From contig NC_057754.1 in assembly GCF_004010195.1 (NCBI RefSeq), positions 7,529,428 through 7,564,105 on the forward strand: 34,678 nucleotides of DNA, written 5' to 3'. Position numbers and translations under genes: made by a program. This document shows positions 32,901 to 34,678 of the stretch, one piece after another. Numbering within the stretch: the first letter of the stretch is position 1; each line of letters begins with the position of its first letter. This DNA comes from Chiloscyllium plagiosum. Lineage: Eukaryota. Below the pieces are notes generated by a model. The model was not told the origin of the DNA. It saw nothing but the letters and a program-made list of their open reading frames with translations, and made no database searches.

Positions 32901-33397
32901 TTTTACTCTTATTGTTTTTTTTCTTTCTTTAATTTTTTTTATTTATCCCCACAACAGGCTCTGAACCCATCAATGCCCCCTGCATCACCGTCCATGCCAA
33001 GAAAACCAGTTCTGGCTTACCGCATTGCCGCAGCTGAAGCTTAACACCTCTGATCCCATAGGTGCCACCGTCTCTGCAATCCAGAATAAAAGATGTGGTC
33101 TTTGTACACAAAGTTTCTTTTCACTGCCTCCCCACCCCGACTTCACTGGTTCCTGTACCACGGTGCCATGGTCAGTTAGCTCATTCACCCTGAAGTTTCC
33201 AGTCTCGCCCAAACAGGTTGGAAGATCCTCCAGCCTGTTTGTTAATGGGGCGATGTACTATCCTCACACCATCTCAGGTCGCCATTTCACAACTTCTTCT
33301 GTTTTCTAGATCCTCTACATTCTGCCGTAAAGAAGCTAAAGGAAGCTGCTGAGGGTCTTCACACTCGAATATCTGAGCTGAGGGATCAGCAAGTAAG
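2858..33397 (+). CDS. NAALADL1: Multi-exon gene (partial, internal exons only): N-acetylated alpha-linked acidic dipeptidase-like 1 / ileal aminopeptidase, M28B family
   Basis: 14 exons join in frame: 2858-2979, 4893-5012, 7092-7284, 8258-8351, [missing exon], 13888-13973, 17697-17816, 19038-19123, 19620-19683, 21240-21307, 22833-22924, 28873-28963, 29465-29546, 31789-31962, 33310-33397. Motifs [75 protein letters not shown] and ARIYPAYHT match NAALADL1 as I recall it rather than FOLH1/NAALAD2. Confidence 0.9.
3230..3527 (-). mobile_element. Degenerate Deu-domain (SacSINE1/AmnSINE-like) SINE remnant
   Basis: Segments ttcaggacgtccc, ccaatgaagt, aaggtcctacaaagagcaa, ataatctgtc and ccatgggatc resemble the recalled consensus and the other copies in this window. 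Confidence 0.55.
3528..4510 (+). repeat. 33-bp minisatellite array 1 (about 30 units), consensus cagtgcagcactccctcagtactgaccctccga
   Basis: Directly visible tandem repeat; produces 11-aa periodic ORFs ([11 protein letters not shown]). Confidence 0.97.
4893..5012 (+). CDS. NAALADL1: NAALADL1 exon (120 nt): [40 protein letters not shown]
   Basis: Acceptor acacag|GGC, donor AAG|gtaagg; phase 0 to 0; LVYANYG and YGxxGRGNK PA-domain motifs. Confidence 0.95.
5285..5795 (-). mobile_element. Deu-type SINE remnant with its centre replaced by a compound microsatellite
   Basis: gcctttcatgg...cagccaatggaatacttctgaa on the left; tRNA-like head (ctcaaaccttcaaccctccgacccaagg...cccactgagccaaggc) on the right. 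Confidence 0.5.
5381..5707. repeat. Compound (CT)n/(CA)n microsatellite
   Basis: Alternating ctct and caca runs over about 330 bp. Confidence 0.95.
7092..7284 (+). CDS. NAALADL1: NAALADL1 exon (193 nt): [64 protein letters not shown]
   Basis: Acceptor cggcag|GGT, donor AAAG|gtatgg; phase 0 to 1; lies within ORF 7050..7322. Confidence 0.96.
7431..7732 (-). mobile_element. HE1-like tRNA-derived V-SINE
   Basis: Reverse complement of the SINE at 10011: head gtggcacagtggtcagcactgctgcc, V-domain ctgtgtgg..ttgcacattctccccgtgtctg, CR1-like tail. Confidence 0.85.
7733..8090. repeat. Degenerate 26-bp minisatellite (ttatcccagggtctctgcccagggcc-like), about 13 units
   Basis: Core gtctct recurs at 7868, 7894, 7920, 7946 and 7972 (26-bp spacing) and more loosely on both sides. 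Confidence 0.8.
8258..8351 (+). CDS. NAALADL1: NAALADL1 exon (94 nt): (D)[30 protein letters not shown](C)
   Basis: Acceptor ttacag|AT, donor TG|gtgagt; phase 1 to 2; PIPxQPIGFxDA motif. Confidence 0.94.
8980..9479. other. Assembly gap (500 N)
   Basis: Run of N; the round length suggests a placeholder size. Confidence 0.99.
9560..9830 (-). mobile_element. Possible very old Penelope-like RT C-terminal fragment
   Basis: Minus-strand translation DSI...[19 protein letters not shown] loosely resembles the PLE thumb region (ICSDxxxF...M..FF..RG.P). Weak match. Confidence 0.35.
10011..10325 (+). mobile_element. Full-length, young HE1-like V-SINE
   Basis: Pol III A box (tggcacagtggtt) and B box (gggttcaattccc), V-domain tgtgtggagtttgcacgttctccccgtgtctgcgtgggtttcctccgggtgctccggtttcctccca, CR1-like tail gggccgaagggcctgtttccacactgt and (aatct)n end. 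Confidence 0.92.
11234..11335 (+). mobile_element. CR1 LINE 3' ORF2 fragment running into the gap
   Basis: [20 protein letters not shown], the CR1 ORF2 C-terminal motif. Confidence 0.8.
11336..12323. other. Assembly gap (988 N)
   Basis: Run of N flanked by CR1 fragments in opposite orientations. Confidence 0.99.
13040..13840 (+). mobile_element. Degenerate CR1 LINE 3' fragments (at least two)
   Basis: Decayed [19 protein letters not shown] and ggaatgcgctgcct segments. Confidence 0.65.
13888..13973 (+). CDS. NAALADL1: NAALADL1 exon (86 nt): [28 protein letters not shown]
   Basis: Branch-point-like actaac at 13861, acceptor ctgcag|C, donor CCAG|gtaagt; phase 2 to 1; NVIGxIRGxVEP motif. Confidence 0.95.
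14168..14505 (+). mobile_element. Penelope-like 3' fragment with mutated hammerhead motif (14415-14442)
   Basis: Homologous to 2414-2716 (gatttca..agtttcctcatttccc ... gctgcctgacctgctgtgcttttccagcacc). Core reads CCGATGA-agggcttttgccc-GAAACATC. Confidence 0.85.
14915..15234 (-). mobile_element. Degenerate Deu-type SINE remnant leading into array 2
   Basis: tgtatttatata, cagcaagctctcatgaacaacaatgtgat, aatctgttt and cccaggacagggagagaa parallel 3230-3527. Confidence 0.5.
15235..17607 (+). repeat. 33-bp minisatellite array 2 (about 70 units, two small N gaps at 15895-15900 and 16987-16997)
   Basis: Same unit and orientation as array 1, with a recurrent variant unit containing cta(a/t)atttcta. 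Confidence 0.97.
17697..17816 (+). CDS. NAALADL1: NAALADL1 exon (120 nt): (D)[39 protein letters not shown]; carries zinc ligands His and Asp
   Basis: Acceptor ttttag|AT, donor GAAG|gtgagt; phase 1 to 1; HRDSW and AIDP correspond to GCPII His377 and Asp387. Confidence 0.97.
18525..18860 (-). mobile_element. Degenerate LINE apurinic-endonuclease (APE) domain fragment
   Basis: The minus strand reads [17 protein letters not shown]...LWMGD and [21 protein letters not shown] (GDFN- and SDH-like motifs). Confidence 0.65.
19038..19123 (+). CDS. NAALADL1: NAALADL1 exon (86 nt): (G)[28 protein letters not shown]; catalytic Glu-Glu
   Basis: Acceptor ttgtag|GC, donor GAG|gtaagg; phase 1 to 0; WxAEEFGLxGS corresponds to GCPII Glu424/Glu425. 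Confidence 0.97.
19285..19545 (-). mobile_element. Degenerate Deu-type SINE remnant
   Basis: cctcaggaacccccacggcgcttcaca ... ggagtctctggcctggggtttgaatccat ... agccacggccgacac; same layout as the other copies. Confidence 0.45.
19620..19683 (+). CDS. NAALADL1: NAALADL1 exon (64 nt): [21 protein letters not shown]
   Basis: Acceptor atctag|GAA, donor TTTG|gtaaga; phase 0 to 1; YINVD corresponds to GCPII Asp453. Confidence 0.95.
19741..19875. repeat. (TG)n followed by CT-rich low-complexity tract
   Basis: Directly visible. Confidence 0.85.
19975..20275 (+). mobile_element. CR1 LINE 3' end
   Basis: gaggaggaattac..agggtcatgaatctgtgga ... gcctactcctgctcct tail, shared with 24870-25064 plus 25915-25968. 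Confidence 0.8.
21240..21307 (+). CDS. NAALADL1: NAALADL1 exon (68 nt): (A)[22 protein letters not shown]
   Basis: Acceptor ttacag|CC, donor CAG|gtaggc; phase 1 to 0. Confidence 0.94.
21769..22447 (+). mobile_element. Putative solo LTR
   Basis: TGTGATG...CGTAACA termini with partial inverted match and AATAAA at 22313-22318. No TSD or PBS found, and the left boundary is uncertain. Confidence 0.4.
22833..22924 (+). CDS. NAALADL1: NAALADL1 exon (92 nt): [30 protein letters not shown](N)
   Basis: Acceptor ttctag|GTC, donor AA|gtaagc; phase 0 to 2. Confidence 0.93.
23292..23601 (+). mobile_element. HE1-like V-SINE inserted in a decayed Penelope/hammerhead remnant
   Basis: Near-identical to 10011-10325. 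Flanks ttctgaagg...cctgaaa and ctccacagatgctgtcagacctgctgagattctccagca resemble the PLE 3' region. Confidence 0.88.
23930..25064 (+). mobile_element. Internally deleted CR1 LINE (APE domain joined to the ORF2 3' end); tail continues at 25915-25968
   Basis: LNA, YDxxAV, GxGVAL and IIMGDLN APE motifs, then [11 protein letters not shown] and the 3' UTR. Confidence 0.8.
25065..25914 (+). mobile_element. HE1-like V-SINE with internal tandem expansion, nested in a CR1 tail
   Basis: SINE head at 25065 (B-box region deleted), V-domain, tail ending acactgtagggattct; splits the host ttattgaa|tggcggagca. Confidence 0.88.
25199..25774 (+). repeat. 53-bp tandem repeat, about 10.9 copies: gatgtgcaggttagggtggattggccgtgctaaattgtcccatagtgcccagg
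   Basis: Unit starts at 25199, 25252, 25305, 25358, 25411, 25464, 25517, 25570, 25623, 25676 and 25729. Confidence 0.97.
25969..26345 (-). mobile_element. CR1 tail and older CR1 RT fragment, minus strand
   Basis: catagaac repeats, acagaacaggcccttcagcccac, gcattccatgctctcac; then YSPFSL (NYRPVSL-like) near 26305-26325. Confidence 0.65.
26430..27630 (+). mobile_element. Young 5'-truncated CR1/HER1-like LINE (RT core plus 3' end, internal deletion, 97-bp 5' duplication)
   Basis: [48 protein letters not shown]; tail tctatgactct; candidate TSD taatgtg at 26532-26538 and 27631-27637. Confidence 0.95.
27633..28815 (+). mobile_element. Older CR1 LINE RT/3' region interrupted by an LTR-like insert and a decayed Penelope tail (about 28495-28640)
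   Basis: [38 protein letters not shown]. Confidence 0.8.
27977..28179 (+). mobile_element. Short solo-LTR-like element
   Basis: TGTT...TTCA termini, TATA-like gataaa and AATAAA; a related inverted partial copy lies at 32716-32850. Confidence 0.55.
28873..28963 (+). CDS. NAALADL1: NAALADL1 exon (91 nt): [30 protein letters not shown]
   Basis: Acceptor tcacag|C, donor AAG|gtagga; phase 2 to 0. Confidence 0.96.
29465..29546 (+). CDS. NAALADL1: NAALADL1 exon (82 nt): [27 protein letters not shown]; zinc-ligand His
   Basis: Branch-point-like cactaac near 29432, acceptor caacag|ACA, donor CCAG|gtgtgt; phase 0 to 1; YPxYHT corresponds to GCPII Tyr552/His553. Confidence 0.95.
29692..30509 (-). repeat. 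33-bp minisatellite array 3 (about 25 units), inverted relative to arrays 1 and 2
   Basis: Unit tcggagggtcagtactgagggagtgccgcactg is the reverse complement of the array 1/2 unit. Confidence 0.97.
30513..31458 (+). mobile_element. CR1 LINE RT C-terminal part and 3' end
   Basis: [36 protein letters not shown]; tail gaagggcccgtttctgtgctgta. Confidence 0.9.
31789..31962 (+). CDS. NAALADL1: NAALADL1 exon (174 nt): (G)[57 protein letters not shown]
   Basis: Acceptor tttcag|GT, donor CTGG|gttagt; phase 1 to 1; start of the helical (TfR-like dimerisation) domain. Confidence 0.95.
32115..32705 (-). mobile_element. Degenerate CR1 3' fragment interrupted by a short Penelope-derived element
   Basis: Minus strand ERLGLYSL...[18 protein letters not shown]. 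Confidence 0.75.
32453..32584 (-). mobile_element. Short Penelope-derived element with mutated hammerhead motif
   Basis: Homologous to 33829-33955; core on the minus strand reads CTAATGA-agggctcctgccc-AAAATGTC. Confidence 0.8.
32716..32850 (-). mobile_element. Partial LTR-like element, same family as 27977-28179
   Basis: The reverse complement gives tgtaaacaaagggtgac...ccagcctgtgtggagttatttt, compared with tgtaaataaaggtt...ccagcctgtgaagagtttca. Confidence 0.5.
33310..33397 (+). CDS. NAALADL1: NAALADL1 exon (88 nt, or 83 nt with the alternative donor): (D)[27 protein letters not shown](V)
   Basis: Acceptor ttctag|AT. Two candidate donors, CAA|gtaagg (end 33392) and AG|gtgggt (end 33397); the second is chosen from the recalled phase 2 of this intron in the family. 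Confidence 0.82.
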
Positions 33398-33828
33398 GTG
33401 GGTGCCCTCCGCCCTTTGACCATCAGATCTTTATTTATACCTGACCTCTGAACCCAACTAGGCAGGATCCATGTCCAGCAGCTGGTGTCAAACTGGGTGG
33501 GGGGAGGTAGAGAGCAGGCAGTGATGATGTTCAGAAAGTAGGAGCAAGACAAGGCCATTCAGCCTTTCAAGCCTGTTCTCACTCTCTGCCCCATACACTT
33601 TGATCCCTTTAGCCCCAAGAACTATATCTAACTCTTTCCTTGAAAATGTACAGAGCTGATGCTGACTCACACACACACTGCAGTACCTGGTACCTCAGTA
33701 AGAGAAAACGTGGGTCACTCTCAGCTCTCCAGTCTGAAGATCATGGGTTGAAGTTGCAGACCGGAGGCTTGAACAACTTCAGGCTGTGAAGAGGTGAAAT
33801 CTTCATGAAGTGACAATAAATAGAGGTG

Positions 33829-33996
33829 AAAGTGAGGATTGCAGATGCTGGAGATCAGAGTCAAGATCAGAGTGGTGCTGGAAAAGCACAGCAGTTCAGG
33901 CAGCATCCGAGGAGCAGGAAAACCAACGTTTCGGCCAAAGGCCCTTCATCAGGAATGAGGCAGGGAGCCTCCGGGGTGGAGAGATAAATGGGAGGG
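33829..33996 (-). mobile_element. 168-bp Penelope-derived retroposon with intact hammerhead core and 13-bp TSD
   Basis: Exact direct repeat ataaatagaggtg at 33816-33828 and 33997-34009; body homologous to 14372-14505. Confidence 0.88.
33921..33957 (-). ncRNA. Minimal type-I hammerhead ribozyme motif
   Basis: Minus strand cattc-CTGATGA-agggcctttggcc-GAAAC-GTT-gg; conserved core and NUH triplet are present, stem I is weak. Confidence 0.7.
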
Positions 33997-34094
33997 ATAA
34001 ATAGAGGTGTCTGTTAGGGGGAATGTCATCGGGCAAGGCAAAGGAAGATTGCCCCTCGATCAAGACGACTTAAAACAATGATCTGGCTCAATAT

Positions 34095-34678
34095 CATAGA
34101 GTCATAGAGATTTACAGCATGGAAACAGTCCCTTCGGTCCAACCCGTCCATGCCGACCAGATATCCCAACCCAATCTAGTCCCACCTGCCAGCACCCGGC
34201 CCATATCCCTCCAAACCCTTCCTATTCATATACCCATCCAAATACCTCTTAAATGTTGCAATTGTATCAGCCTCCACCACATCCTCTGGCAGCTCATTCC
34301 ATACACGTACCACTCTCTGAGAGAAAAAATTGCCCCTTAGGTCTCTTTTATATCTTTCCCCTCTCACCCTAAACCTATGCCCTCTAGTTCTGGACTCCCC
34401 GACCCCAGGGAAAAGACGTTGTCTATTTACCCTATTCATGCCCCTCATAATTTTGTAAACCTCTGTAAGGTCACCCCTCAGCCTCCAACGCTGCAGGGAA
34501 AACAGACCCAGCCTGTTCAGCCTCTCCCAGTAGCTCAGATCCTCCAAACCTGGCAACATCCTTGTAAATCTTTTCTGAACCCTTTCAAATTTCACAAGAT
34601 CTTTCCGATAGGAAGGAGACCAGAATTGTACACAATATTACAAAAGTGGCTGAACCAATGTCCTGTACAGCCGCAACA
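34095..34678 (-). mobile_element. Young CR1/HER1-like LINE 3' end (continues beyond the window)
   Basis: ORF 34176..34595 [14 protein letters not shown]...[15 protein letters not shown]...WNELPEDVV; highly similar to 27050-27630 in inverted orientation. Confidence 0.95.

Noticed and set aside
2858..33397. Calling the gene FOLH1/PSMA, NAALAD2 or TFRC
   Set aside because: It lacks the GCPII arginine patch (SGRARY) and GSGNDF, has NAALADL1-type motifs, and keeps the catalytic residues that transferrin receptors have lost.

Overview
Eukaryotic, repeat-rich vertebrate DNA; the repeat families point to a cartilaginous fish, probably a shark (inference). The window lies inside one + strand gene, an M28-family dinuclear-zinc peptidase that best matches NAALADL1 (ileal aminopeptidase, a GCPII/FOLH1 paralog). 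I traced 14 internal coding exons (2858-33397, about 1480 nt) with GT-AG boundaries and consistent phases. All zinc ligands and the catalytic Glu are present. One expected internal exon is missing and probably lies in an assembly gap; the first and last exons are outside the window. Introns hold CR1-clade LINE fragments, HE1-like V-SINEs, old Deu-type SINE remnants, Penelope-like (GIY-YIG) elements with minimal hammerhead-ribozyme motifs, and three arrays of a 33-bp minisatellite. The most striking feature is that two of these arrays are inverted and closely bracket the seven catalytic exons. Those exons total 603 nt and are phase-symmetric, which is the geometry expected for an in-frame, stop-free circRNA or an in-frame skipped isoform (hypothesis). 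Family and ortholog calls rest on motif recognition from memory; no database search was run.
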